Part shown: piece by piece, positions 50,455 through 60,854 of the stretch
Layout: each line of letters starts with the position of its first letter
How positions within the stretch are numbered: the stretch's first letter is position 1
Assembly: GCA_965367815.1 (NCBI GenBank)
Contig: CBDUKN010000015.1
Coordinates: 1 to 64,000 of the forward strand
DNA: 64,000 nucleotides
Direction of reading: 5' to 3'
Source: an uncultured Thermoprotei archaeon
GTDB taxonomy: Archaea; Thermoproteota; Thermoprotei; Thermofilales; B15-G2
Notes under the pieces: generated by a model
Told to the model about the DNA's origin: nothing
Databases searched by the model: none
Seen by the model: the letters and a program-made list of their open reading frames with translations, nothing else
Position numbers and translations under genes: made by a program

Positions 50455-51411
50455 CTTGGATAGCATACTTTGAACTACTTTACCTATTTTATCTATATCT
50501 GCTTCTCTTAACGTAAGCAGAGGGAACTGTATTCCTCCGGCTCTATCTTTACCTCCTCCAGTCACTCCATGATTCTTCAAGTAATCTAGTATGTGTGAAA
50601 TTAAGTTACTTACTTTGACTTTATATGAACCTAAGTGCATCTTCTCTACAGTTTTGTCGGAACGCAGAGCTATTGCCACTACGAGCTTATACTTCTTTTC
50701 TAGCTCAAACATGTATTCTCTGTAGACCATTCGCTCAAATTTATCGCTTGGATTGTACCAGAAAAACGCTGCTTCGCCATATACTTTAGTTCTAGACTTG
50801 AATAGAGAGATTTTCTCTCTAGCTCTATCATATATTTTTGCTTCCTCCTCAATATAGCTGATTAAATCGTTCAACTTGTCTTCGACAAGCATTCGAAAAA
50901 CAGTTTTCCTGAAATAGCTACTGTCGGTGTTCGCTAAGTAGGCTTTGTGCAGAATCCAAGCAAAGTCGTCTTTTAAGCTTTCTCCTAGGTCTATTAAGTC
51001 TACAGCACTGAGCATTTTCTTCCAGCGGTCTTCAAGGTTTATATCGAGAAGCACTGAGACTAGACGAGCTACGCTGGGAAAAGGCTCTATCTTCACTAAG
51101 GCTTTAAGCCGCCCGCCTTCTGTCACTAAAAATAATCCTGTTTCAGTGTGATGATCAAATAGAAGAGACTCTTCAACTACAGTGTATCCTCTTGAGGGAG
51201 GAAGCTCAATTAATATGGCTCCGCCTATCTTCATTTCTACAAGATCTCTGGGCTTAGGAAACTCAACTGAATCGAAGTCGCACTTAAAGCCTTTTTCTTT
51301 AAGCCACTTAACTAAAATAGCTGAAGCTAGTATACCGTCCCAATCACCATCACTGATAACTTTAACCCCATGTCTTTCAACAAAATCAAGTAAATATCTT
51401 TCTGCAGACAC
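50446..51411 (-). CDS. DHH-superfamily phosphoesterase (divergent)
   Basis: SDGDWDG, LFDHH and GGGKDRAGG. Confidence 0.75.
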   Translation of the reverse strand: MSAERYLLDFVERHGVKVISDGDWDGILASAILVKWLKEKGFKCDFDSVEFPKPRDLVEMKIGGAILIELPPSRGYTVVEESLLFDHHTETGLFLVTEGGRLKALVKIEPFPSVARLVSVLLDINLEDRWKKMLSAVDLIDLGESLKDDFAWILHKAYLANTDSSYFRKTVFRMLVEDKLNDLISYIEEEAKIYDRAREKISLFKSRTKVYGEAAFFWYNPSDKFERMVYREYMFELEKKYKLVVAIALRSDKTVEKMHLGSYKVKVSNLISHILDYLKNHGVTGGGKDRAGGIQFPLLTLREADIDKIGKVVQSMLSKLK

Positions 51412-51420
51412 TAAACCACC

Positions 51421-52353
51421 TTAAGTTTCCTTAGCGCGCTCAATTAACTCAAATACTTCTTCAATAGAAGACAGAGTACAGTGCTTTAAGTAGAGTTCTG
51501 AAGCCCTTACCTCAACCTCTTTTTTATCGACAAGAGAAGGCCCAGGCTTCTCCACTATAAGTGATGCTGTAGCAGATCCTACTGCCGCAGCCCACACAGG
51601 GTCTTCTTCACTTAAATAGGCCTGAAGAAAACCGCCGGCATAGGCGTCGCCTGCGCCTGTAGACTGTTTAGCTGAAGTAGCATACGGCGGAACATAGTAA
51701 AGATTACCTTCACTAAACACGACAACTCCTTTAGCTCCGAGCCCCAGTGAAACCATTACTTTATGCTCCTCTGACAGCTTCGCAAAGTACTTAGGCCACG
51801 CTTCGCCAAGTAATACTTCTGCTTCATTAAGAGAAATTCTCAAGTGGTTAACATTGTGTAGTTTATCTAACAGCTCTTTATTTGAATAGAGCATTACTCT
51901 GCCGTCTTCACCAAACTTCCTTAAATAGCCCTGCGGATCAAGTGATAAAAACGAGTATTTTCTTTCAAGAATACTGAGCGGAAGCTCTTGAGCTACAGGA
52001 GACACATGAATATACTCGACTTCAGCAGGTACTTCAGTCAGATCAACACATTTGCTGACAAGGTACAGCTCTCTACTCTCGCCGCTATAAACTAGCCTAA
52101 ATCTAGTTGTTTTAACACCAGAGACTCTAGCAACATATTTCATATCTAAATGTTCTTCAAGAAAATTCCAGTATTCTGCCGGAAAATCGTCACCTACTGC
52201 AGAAACAAGACTAACTTCAGCGCCTAGGGAACTTAAAACAAGTCCAGTGTAGCTAGGCGGACCCCCTAGCGAAGCCACAGATTTGCCTGCATACACTATT
52301 TCATCTAGAGTAATATGCCCGGCGATGAAAACCCTCATAAGACCACTCTCCAA
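51421..52353 (-). CDS. PfkB family carbohydrate/nucleoside kinase
   Basis: GG, VGDDF, DPQG and STGAGDAYAGG. Confidence 0.9.
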   Translation of the reverse strand: MESGLMRVFIAGHITLDEIVYAGKSVASLGGPPSYTGLVLSSLGAEVSLVSAVGDDFPAEYWNFLEEHLDMKYVARVSGVKTTRFRLVYSGESRELYLVSKCVDLTEVPAEVEYIHVSPVAQELPLSILERKYSFLSLDPQGYLRKFGEDGRVMLYSNKELLDKLHNVNHLRISLNEAEVLLGEAWPKYFAKLSEEHKVMVSLGLGAKGVVVFSEGNLYYVPPYATSAKQSTGAGDAYAGGFLQAYLSEEDPVWAAAVGSATASLIVEKPGPSLVDKKEVEVRASELYLKHCTLSSIEEVFELIERAKET

Positions 52354-52428
52354 AAATAACTTAAAAACAAATATAATCGTTTAGTTTTTCTTCGTTGCCC
52401 GATCTTAAGTTAAAAGATATTGTCTTCG

Positions 52429-52713
52429 TCACCAGTATCTTATACTAAAGTCGTCAAATTCACCCTTATATTCCTCCCAGTGGACTTCAACCCGCTCTAC
52501 TCTAGCTAAAGGAGGCCCGCGGTGAGCCCACTCAATTACCTTTTTAACAGCGTCTTCTGGTCCCTCAAGAACAGCTTCTACTCTGCCGTCAGGCAGGTTT
52601 CTAACCCATCCCTTAACACCGTGCTCTCTAGCTACTCTACGCATATTAGCCCTAAAAAACACGCCCTGTACTCTTCCCGATATAAATAAGTGAGCTCTAA
52701 CCATTTTTGCCAT
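52429..52713 (-). CDS. acyP: acylphosphatase
   Basis: GRVQGVFFR and [12 protein letters not shown]. Confidence 0.97.
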   Translation of the reverse strand: MAKMVRAHLFISGRVQGVFFRANMRRVAREHGVKGWVRNLPDGRVEAVLEGPEDAVKKVIEWAHRGPPLARVERVEVHWEEYKGEFDDFSIRYW

Positions 52714-52773
52714 AATTTCTCCCTAATTCTATACAAAATATCCATTTAAGTATTCTAGCCTACAATTCATATA

Positions 52774-53238
52774 GTGACAAAAATCGTATACACTATTGGA
52801 CACTCCAATAGAAGTCTCTTGAAATTCCTTAAGCTGCTTAAAGACTATAAAATAGTCGCAGTTGTAGATGTAAGGAGATTTCCTACTTCTAGGAGATTTC
52901 CGCACTTCAAGAAAGAAAATTTAGAGAAAGAGCTTGAGAAAAACAACATTAAGTATTTTTGGCTCGGAGAGTCTCTTGGGGGACTGCGCCCTATCACTTA
53001 TGAAGAATATATGAAAACAAAAGATTTTGAAAAAGGCTTAAAAGAATTAATTGAAATTATAGAAAAATATAGCCCTGCGGCGATAATGTGTAAAGAAAGG
53101 CTATGGTTCAAGTGTCACAGACGCTTTATTTCAGATAGGCTTATAGAAGAGGGATATCAGGTAATTCACATAATAGACGAGGAAAATACATACAAGCATA
53201 AAAGGAGATCAAGTAATAGTAAAAGTTTATTTAGTTAA
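52774..53238 (+). CDS. DUF488 family protein
   Basis: YTIGHSNRS, DVRRFPTS, LGG and MCKE..CHR. Confidence 0.9.
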   Translation: MTKIVYTIGHSNRSLLKFLKLLKDYKIVAVVDVRRFPTSRRFPHFKKENLEKELEKNNIKYFWLGESLGGLRPITYEEYMKTKDFEKGLKELIEIIEKYSPAAIMCKERLWFKCHRRFISDRLIEEGYQVIHIIDEENTYKHKRRSSNSKSLFS

Positions 53239-53469
53239 AATACGTCAGCAAGTAGAAGAGCTTGACGCACCTAAGATTTCAATTGAGTAGAATTTCTGCA
53301 GAAACATGTGAATAGAATATATTATCTAAGTGACGAAAAGCTTTTTTAATATCTGAAACATTTCCCTAGAACAATTTAATGCCTCCATCAATATTAACTA
53401 TAGTAATATTCTCTGGTCGATTTTTACTCAGATACATTTATATATTGGTTTCGAATAACTGGAAGCCCG

Positions 53470-54795
53470 ATGCCTGGCTCTGAGGAAGGAAAAAAGGGTG
53501 TAGGGCTTAAGCGAGAGCTTCGACTAATTGAAGCTGTAGCAATTGGTGTTGGAACAGTTGTAGGAAGCGGTGTCGTGAAATTACCTGGAGTACTTGCAGG
53601 AATTCTGGGAGCCTCACAGGTAATTGCTTGGATAACTAGTGGCGTTCTCTGCATTTTAGTAGCACTCTGCTTCGCTAAATTAAGCTCAATACTACCTAAG
53701 TGCGGCGGTCCCTATGTCTACTGTAGCACAGCTTTCGGCCGCCTTGTAGGCTTTGTTATAGCCTGGACTTACTGGATAGGACTCACTATGGCTATAGGCG
53801 CTCTAGCTATGTTCGTAGCCGATAGCTTAGGCATTATACTAGGCTTCTCAGACCCATATCTCATGACAATTACTGCCCTCGTAGTAATCGCTGTTCTCAC
53901 AGTATTCAATATAGTTGGAGTAAAAGTATCGGGTATAGTTCAAGACATACTTACAGTATTTAAAGTAGGCATATGGATAGTGTTCGTTCTCTTTGGAATA
54001 CTAGCGTTCAATCCAAGCAAAGTAGGTAATGTATAAGTACCTGAGACAGGTGCCTTAGTCACAGCAGTACTAATAGCCATATGGGCTTACCTGGGCTTCG
54101 AGGAGATAACAATGCCTGCCGAAGAAATGAAGAAACCTGAAAGAGATATTCCGCTAGCCATTGTCATAACAATACTCTTCGCTACAGGACTATACGTAGC
54201 TGTCTCAGTAATAGCCGCCGGCATAGTAGGTACTTCAGCTCTAGCCTCCTACGGTAGTAGAGGCGTAGAAATGGCTGCGAGAGCACTGTGAGGCGAAGTA
54301 GGGGGAACAATATTCTCGCTATTCATGGTATTCTCCGTCGCGGCTGTAATGAACGGTGTCCTGCTGTCAAACAGCCGTCTACTCTATGCTTTCTCAAGAG
54401 ACGGCTTACTTCACCCTAGGCTAACAGAAATACACAAAAAGTACAGAACTTCGTGAATTTCTATCTTAGTGCAGTCAGTTATAGCGGTAATAGTCGTATT
54501 ATCTTTTACAACTATAGTCGAAGTGCTCTCAATGATAGACTTCGTGCTACTAGTACCCTACACCTTCGTGTCTCCAGCACTACTAGTGCTCTCAATTAAA
54601 AAGAAGACATCAGCCTCATCAAACTTCAATCTACCTAGAGAAAAAGTAGTAGCACTGATAGCCTTCGTGTTCAGCACAACACTAGTAGTCAAGTTTGCTC
54701 TCGACCCTACGCACATTAAAGCAGTAGCCTACGGTCTTGCTGCTATAACTCTGGGAATACCAGTATACTTCGCGTCCAAGAAATCAAGAAAATAG
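53470..54795 (+). pseudogene. APC family amino acid permease with three in-frame stops
   Basis: GTVVGSG, GGPYVY and WAYLGFE..AEEMKKPERDIP in one continuous frame, broken by TAA 54034, TGA 54289 and TGA 54454. Confidence 0.9.
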
Positions 54796-54890
54796 TATAC
54801 CTTAGCTCTTCTTTACTTGAGTTTCTTGCCTTCAGCCGGAAGACTAAAAGATAGTCATTTAAATAAAGATCCTTTTTTAGATTACCTGTT

Positions 54891-56816
54891 ATGAAAAAAC
54901 TGCTCTTTATTGGCTTGGACTCCGCGCTAACATATTTTATCGAAAAATTCACCGAAGAGAAAGTAATGCCGTTTACAGCTAAACTAATGGAAAATGGCTG
55001 CTACTTCAAAGCACTGCCTTCACCTCCAACAGATACTCCAACAAACTGGGCTACCTTAATGACAGGATGCTGGGCTGGTACACACGGCTTGACAAGCTTT
55101 AATGTTCACCTACCAGGAGATCCTCTAACAAAACGCTACAGTACTTTAAACAGTAAGCTTTGCCAAGTAAAATTCCTCTGGGATATACTTGAGGAAAATG
55201 AATACAAGTGCGTTATAGTAAACTATCCTGTAGCCTGGCCTCCTACAATAAAGAAGGGGATAGTTATAGGAGGACCTGCTCCTTTAGGCTCGCACTGGAG
55301 AATAGGTTTCTCGAAATGCTTTGCCACGAAAACCCTTAAAGGAAAATATTCTCCACCTACGTTGAAAATAGAGTTTAAAGAAAGCAAAAACCCTGTTCTA
55401 GTCGAGAAAAGCGGAGTAAAGCCACTTGAAGCGAAAATAGACTTATTCATGCAGTTAGATAGAGATAAAATACATTACATAGTTAATAAAACTCCTAAAT
55501 ACACTCTAGGACTAATCGGTGAAAAAGAATACGAGAAAGCAGTTATACTTAAAGGAGTCAAAATCTTAGCTGAGCTCAAGGAAGGAGAATGGAGCCAGTG
55601 GATAATAGATACTATTGAGACGGATAAAGGTGAAACTAGAGCAGCAATTAAAGTAAAGCTCGTTCGCTTAGCAGGAGACGCCAGCGACGTGAGACTTTAC
55701 TGCACAGACTTCTTCGATACTAGAGGCTGGTCTTATCCTGAGAACTTAGCTGACGAAATAGTAGAGAAAATAGGTCCTTACACAGAAGGATTCGAGCACC
55801 CAGGCATGCACGAAGACCTAGGCTACATATCGTGGCTTGAAGACAACTACAATACTCTACTCGAGCAGGCTAAAATGCAGGCAGAGTGGTTCACTAAAGT
55901 AGCAAAGTACCTTAAAGACAAGGAAAAGTGGGATGCATTCATAATGCACTTCCACTTGCCTGACGGTCTAAACCACTGGCTATTAGGATACATTCACCCA
56001 GAACACCCGCTATACACTAAGGAGCGCGCCGAAATAGCTATGAGAATTTACCGTGAAGGATACCGCATAATAGACCACATGATCGAGAAAATTGTTTCGC
56101 TAGTAGACTTAGAGGAAACAGTAGTAGTTATTGCATCTGATCACGGTTCAATGCCTCACTGGAAATTCGTCAACCTCCTGCCAGCACTAATTAAGAGAAG
56201 TCTTATAGCATACAAGTGGAACCCCGAAGAAAACTGCTATGTAGTGGACTGGAGTAGAACAAAGGTATTTCCGTACTTCGAGCCAAGCTACCTTTGGGTT
56301 AACTTGAAGTCAAAGTACCCCCACGGCTCAGTAGAAGACAACGAGTACAACGAAGTAGTAGAGGAGACAATACAGGCTCTCTACAGCATAAGAGACCCCG
56401 AGACAGGCGAGTGTCCCATAGCAGTAGCTTTGAGAAAAGAAGATGCAGTCTACTTAGGTCAGTGGGGAAACCGCGTAGGAGACATAGTGTACTTCCTTAA
56501 ACCCTCTTACAGCTGCTGGAATACACCTAGATTCGATAAAATACCAGCTGAAGTCATGTGTCTGCCAGAAGTAGCTCCAGTGTCGACTAGACCAACAAAT
56601 GTCACAGGATACCACTCAACATACTTGCCTAATGCCCGCATAGGAGTATTCGAGATACCGGCGCCTGAAATAATCGCTGGCAAAGACTTCAAGAAAGGCT
56701 ACAGAAGACCCTCACCAGCCTTTATGGTAGATATCGCGCCCACGATATTAAATGCTCTTGGACTCGAAGTACCAGACTACATGGAAGGACACATTCTCAG
56801 AGACCTCTTTGAATAG
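54891..56816 (+). CDS. alkaline phosphatase superfamily protein, paralog of 28346..30280
   Basis: IGLDS, PTDTPTNW, DGLNH, SDHG, GYH and DIAPTI. Confidence 0.9.
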   Translation: MKKLLFIGLDSALTYFIEKFTEEKVMPFTAKLMENGCYFKALPSPPTDTPTNWATLMTGCWAGTHGLTSFNVHLPGDPLTKRYSTLNSKLCQVKFLWDILEENEYKCVIVNYPVAWPPTIKKGIVIGGPAPLGSHWRIGFSKCFATKTLKGKYSPPTLKIEFKESKNPVLVEKSGVKPLEAKIDLFMQLDRDKIHYIVNKTPKYTLGLIGEKEYEKAVILKGVKILAELKEGEWSQWIIDTIETDKGETRAAIKVKLVRLAGDASDVRLYCTDFFDTRGWSYPENLADEIVEKIGPYTEGFEHPGMHEDLGYISWLEDNYNTLLEQAKMQAEWFTKVAKYLKDKEKWDAFIMHFHLPDGLNHWLLGYIHPEHPLYTKERAEIAMRIYREGYRIIDHMIEKIVSLVDLEETVVVIASDHGSMPHWKFVNLLPALIKRSLIAYKWNPEENCYVVDWSRTKVFPYFEPSYLWVNLKSKYPHGSVEDNEYNEVVEETIQALYSIRDPETGECPIAVALRKEDAVYLGQWGNRVGDIVYFLKPSYSCWNTPRFDKIPAEVMCLPEVAPVSTRPTNVTGYHSTYLPNARIGVFEIPAPEIIAGKDFKKGYRRPSPAFMVDIAPTILNALGLEVPDYMEGHILRDLFE

Positions 56817-56879
56817 CTATATTTTCAGTATAGTTATTGTACACTAAATTTTTATTTCTATCAATATTATATATATTTC

Positions 56880-58046
56880 ATGGTAAATCAATTTAATTTA
56901 ATAAATTTACGTAAATTAACCACTCTGATAGTAATTGTAATAATCTTGTCAGCGTTAATAGTCTTCTTTTTGAGAAAAACTTCAAGTGAAGTAGTTCTTG
57001 ATGTTATAGACTTGAATAAAGCAGACCTCAAAACAAGACTCTTAGTAACGAGCCTCCAGGGCATAGCCAATAGAGACTCTCCTCGCCTATACGTAATATG
57101 GTGGAATTTGATCTCAGAGTACCTTCTGAAGCAGCGCTTTTTGCAGAGTATTTGAAGCAAATGAAGCCCATGGGGATCCTAATAGGCTATCCTCACTTAG
57201 GTTCTTTAGAGACGCCTACAGTGAAGTTTATAAGCACTTACGGCATAAGAGGTATTCTAGCGACATATGATGCTCCAAACTTCTCTATACACTCTCAAAT
57301 AGGAGAAAAGAAAAATAGATATCTTCAAGATTTTAGAGAAATTAGAAAAGTAGAGGATAAAATCTATATAGCTTTATTTGCATGCGACCTGGCTTTAAAC
57401 AGTATGCAGAACTTTTACTACAGTCTATGGAAACCAGAGAATAAAGGAAAAATACCTATTACTTGGTGGTTTGATCCAATAGTGGCTGACTTCTGCCCAG
57501 GAATAGTACTGTACTACGAAACTAGAACTGAACAAGACTACTTTTTGCAGTAAATACTTACGGGAGAATAACTCCGTCAGACTTCAAGTACCTAGATGAA
57601 CTACTTGAAATGTGCGACGAACAGCTAAGAAAATTTGATCTCAGAGTACTCGGTTTTTCAGATAGCTGCTTCAATATAACAGTTCTCCGTAAGTATGCTC
57701 AGAAACTCACTTATGTATACGGCTTCGGCTACGGCTATATACCTTCAAGTATTACTCCTAACTATTGGCTTGAAGAAGAAAAACCCTTTGTAGGGCTATA
57801 TTCCAAAGCAATGGTTACTGGAACACGCCTAGCCCTCTATAGGCTCCTTAAATACTTTGCAGACACGCATAAAGAAAGACCAGCCTTTTTGCTAGTGTAT
57901 CTATTTATAGGCGACTACATAACAGTAGACGATATCCTGTGGGTAAAAATAGACTAGACCAAGAATACCCAGGAGTCTTCAAGTGGGTCAGAGGCGACGA
58001 ATTTATGTCAGCAGTTAAAGCTTACTTAGAAAAAAGTTCTGGCTAA
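56880..58046 (+). pseudogene. GxGYxYP-type putative glycoside hydrolase, fragmented
   Basis: SLQGIANRDSPRLY, NFSIH and GFGYGYIP across several frames. Confidence 0.65.
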
Positions 58047-58047
58047 A

Positions 58048-58840
58048 TTAAAGTTCTTTAGTCTGCGCTAATCCAAGACACCAAAGCGACGTAGGGTAAT
58101 GAGGACTACCTCCTCCCGAGTACACTAACAAGAGCCTATTTTTATTTAAGGCAACGAAGAAGGGAGTCGCTACATGGTACTTGTCGAGAACTCCTTCAGA
58201 GCCACTAGGCTTGAATATAGGGTTTTTACTATATTTAGTGAAGTTCACTCCGTCTTCACTAAAGGCGACACCTATACTCCAGTGTTTTCCATTATAACCT
58301 TCACAAAGTATAAGAACTCCGTCTTCTAGTACATAGGCGCTGTGCCACTCAATGAAATGGCAGTCCCACTCACCGCTTTTTTCCAACTCTAATAGCTTCT
58401 CCTATTTTCTTCCATGTTAAACCGTCTTCACTTACGGCTAATCCTATTTGCCTCACTTCGCCGTTGAAACCGGTATAATACATTAAGTACCTTTTACCCT
58501 CGCGTAAAGTACAGCCGTGTCTGACAAACCACGAATCCCATGCTTTACCGGGCTTCACTATAGGGTTTCTATCGAAGAGCCTTCAGTCCAAAAGACCTTC
58601 ACTACTTTTTCTACAAAAAGCTAAACTAATAGTTTAGCCTTTAAGCACTCCTTCGCCACTCATAGTCGATAAATACACGTTATAGACTCCATTGCACTCA
58701 ACTAAATTAGGATCGTACACTTGTCTCTCATAGTAGCTTCCCTTCGGCCCCACGTCTAGAACTACTCCGATTCTCTCGAAGCCTTTTACCAGCATCTCCT
58801 GTAGCTGAAGCCAGCTTACTTCAAGCTTCCTAGTGTACAC
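58048..58840 (-). pseudogene. five-bladed beta-propeller glycosidase-like protein, fragmented
   Basis: Repeats YLMYYTG..RQIGLAVSEDGLTWKK and SIGVAFSEDGVNFTKYSKNPI in three frames. Confidence 0.75.
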
Positions 58841-58930
58841 TATTTAAACAGATTTTGCAGAATATAAGACCATGTACTTGAAAAATTAGTCATTTATACA
58901 TTATTCAAGCACATACACTAGTGGGAAACT

Positions 58931-60100
58931 ATGTATAGTCTCGGGAAAGTCTACCCCTTAATTATACCCTCTTTACTAAAAGAAAAAATACCCGATTTAG
59001 CAGGAGGAGCAGGTACGCCGAGAATGATATATGATCCTGAAAGGGGCTGCTGGCTACTTTTCTTCACAGGCTGGATTAACGCTAATCGTAGAGAAGTATT
59101 TGTAGCTGAAGTAAATAAGGACTTCACACTAGAGAACGTAAAGAAAATTCTAAGCGCATCACCTACAAGAGACGCTGTGAACGTAGCATATAATCCCTGG
59201 ATCGACGGCTACATTCTCTTGACCACCGAAGGAGGCTCACTTCACATAAGGCACTTTGATAAAGACTTCAATGAAGTATCACACAAGTGTCTAGTAGAGA
59301 AAGATATGCAAGATTGTGGCGCAGGCATACTCATGTTAATGGGTAAGTACACTGAAGAAAATCCTAATGCTGTTATTTTCTATCCTAGAAGAGAGAAAGT
59401 ATTAATGAGACTAGTTAATAGAGTCGATGACTTAAATCTACTTAAGCTGAGCGACGAAATAGTTTTCTCGCACTGGGCTGAACCAAACGATGTTATCGAC
59501 GCATTTAGAGTCAACGATAAGCTGGGAGTACTTGTAGAATACTATACGGATAAGCAGTCATGGAGAAGCCGAATAGCCATGACAGGAGACTACTTTACCC
59601 CCGAGCTCAGGGCGCTAAGCGCTCCGCTACCGGTTCCCTTTAATGACGCCTATAGTAATTTCGGGCATCCTTCCTTCACTACTGGTCCCGACGGCGTACC
59701 TAAAGTCTTGTTCAGCTTCTTTATGTCGCACGCGCCACCGTTCCCTATAACCGATTATAGTAGGCAGTGGAGGCATGAAATATGGGTCTGGGAGCCCGCT
59801 GTCAACATATTTGATCCGAGGACTTACGGCAGAATGTATGATAAAATAGTCTTCAGTAAGAAGACTAAGCCTCCCTTATACGACCTCATGAGTGCTGAGA
59901 AAATTATCCTCCAAGTTAAGCCTAGAGGAGCTATGCTCACATTAGAGGAATCTTCTTCTATTGAAGATTTCCTTGAAGGAAGTATCGCTGAGAGTAGACT
60001 ACTTGTTGAAAATAAAGCAGTAGTCGAGAATCCTCTCAACGCTTTAAGAATTAAAGCCGAAGAGAACGTCGTAGTTTACTTGACTGCAATATACAGCTAG
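58931..60100 (+). CDS. hypothetical protein, possibly a beta-propeller glycosidase-like fold
   Basis: 389 aa intact; GTPRMIYDP..WLLFFTGW and GHPSF blade-like motifs. Confidence 0.6.
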   Translation: MYSLGKVYPLIIPSLLKEKIPDLAGGAGTPRMIYDPERGCWLLFFTGWINANRREVFVAEVNKDFTLENVKKILSASPTRDAVNVAYNPWIDGYILLTTEGGSLHIRHFDKDFNEVSHKCLVEKDMQDCGAGILMLMGKYTEENPNAVIFYPRREKVLMRLVNRVDDLNLLKLSDEIVFSHWAEPNDVIDAFRVNDKLGVLVEYYTDKQSWRSRIAMTGDYFTPELRALSAPLPVPFNDAYSNFGHPSFTTGPDGVPKVLFSFFMSHAPPFPITDYSRQWRHEIWVWEPAVNIFDPRTYGRMYDKIVFSKKTKPPLYDLMSAEKIILQVKPRGAMLTLEESSSIEDFLEGSIAESRLLVENKAVVENPLNALRIKAEENVVVYLTAIYS

Positions 60101-60204
60101 TTAAGCGAAAACTATTAAACTATATCTTAATCCAGTTTTTGAAAACTCTTTTATAGGCATAGCTTCGCTGTTTAAGCAGCTAAAATGCTTAATAATTATT
60201 TGTT

Positions 60205-60765
60205 TTAAGTTACAAAAATAGTTAATGAGGCAAGTATTCCTACAATAGAGCCTGCGAGCACTTGTAGTGGAGTATGTGCTTTTACTTTTACTCTAGCCCA
60301 ACCCAGTAGAGGCACTAATAGAGAGAAAATTAGTGCTTGAGGATAGCCTATTAGAGTAAAATAGGATATTGGTAGTGTTAGAGAAGCCATATGAATACTT
60401 ATTTTCCATTTAAAAGACACTATGAATAGTATAAATGTTGATACAAAGGATACTAATTCTAACCCTGCTACAACCATGTAGCCTTTCCACTTGAAGAAAA
60501 CAGCCGCTGCTAAGTATGCGAGAAGACCTGGTATGAACAATGGTATACGGTCTTCGCGCTTCGAGACAAAAATATCTCCCTTTTTCAGCACCTTAGAGTA
60601 TATTAGAGGAGGGGCAAATGGAGCTACTACGTGTAGAGCAAAGAGTACTAGAATTAGTGAAGGAGATAAAGCTTCTATTATACTGAGAAACACTACTTCA
60701 GCAATACTTATTACCGGAAAAGACACTACTGCTGAAACTATGTGTGCAGCCTTCTCGCTGAGCAC
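60205..60765 (-). CDS. PAP2-like membrane protein
   Basis: KISIH and WARVKVKAHTPLQVLAG. Confidence 0.8.
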   Translation of the reverse strand: MLSEKAAHIVSAVVSFPVISIAEVVFLSIIEALSPSLILVLFALHVVAPFAPPLIYSKVLKKGDIFVSKREDRIPLFIPGLLAYLAAAVFFKWKGYMVVAGLELVSFVSTFILFIVSFKWKISIHMASLTLPISYFTLIGYPQALIFSLLVPLLGWARVKVKAHTPLQVLAGSIVGILASLTIFVT

Positions 60766-60854
60766 GCAGTGGAAAAGCTTAAAGCAATATATACCTTACC
60801 ACCTTTGCCGCGAAGAGCACAGAAGATATCTACCTGTTTCTACTATGTACATAG

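Noticed and set aside
54034-54456. UGA read as Trp or Sec in the APC permease
   Set aside because: The same gene also has an in-frame TAA, and several intact genes in the window end in TGA (e.g. 26348, 36205)
60766-60854. TPP riboswitch upstream of the YkoE-like ECF operon
   Set aside because: The intergenic gap is short, shared with a divergent gene, and lacks the conserved riboswitch core
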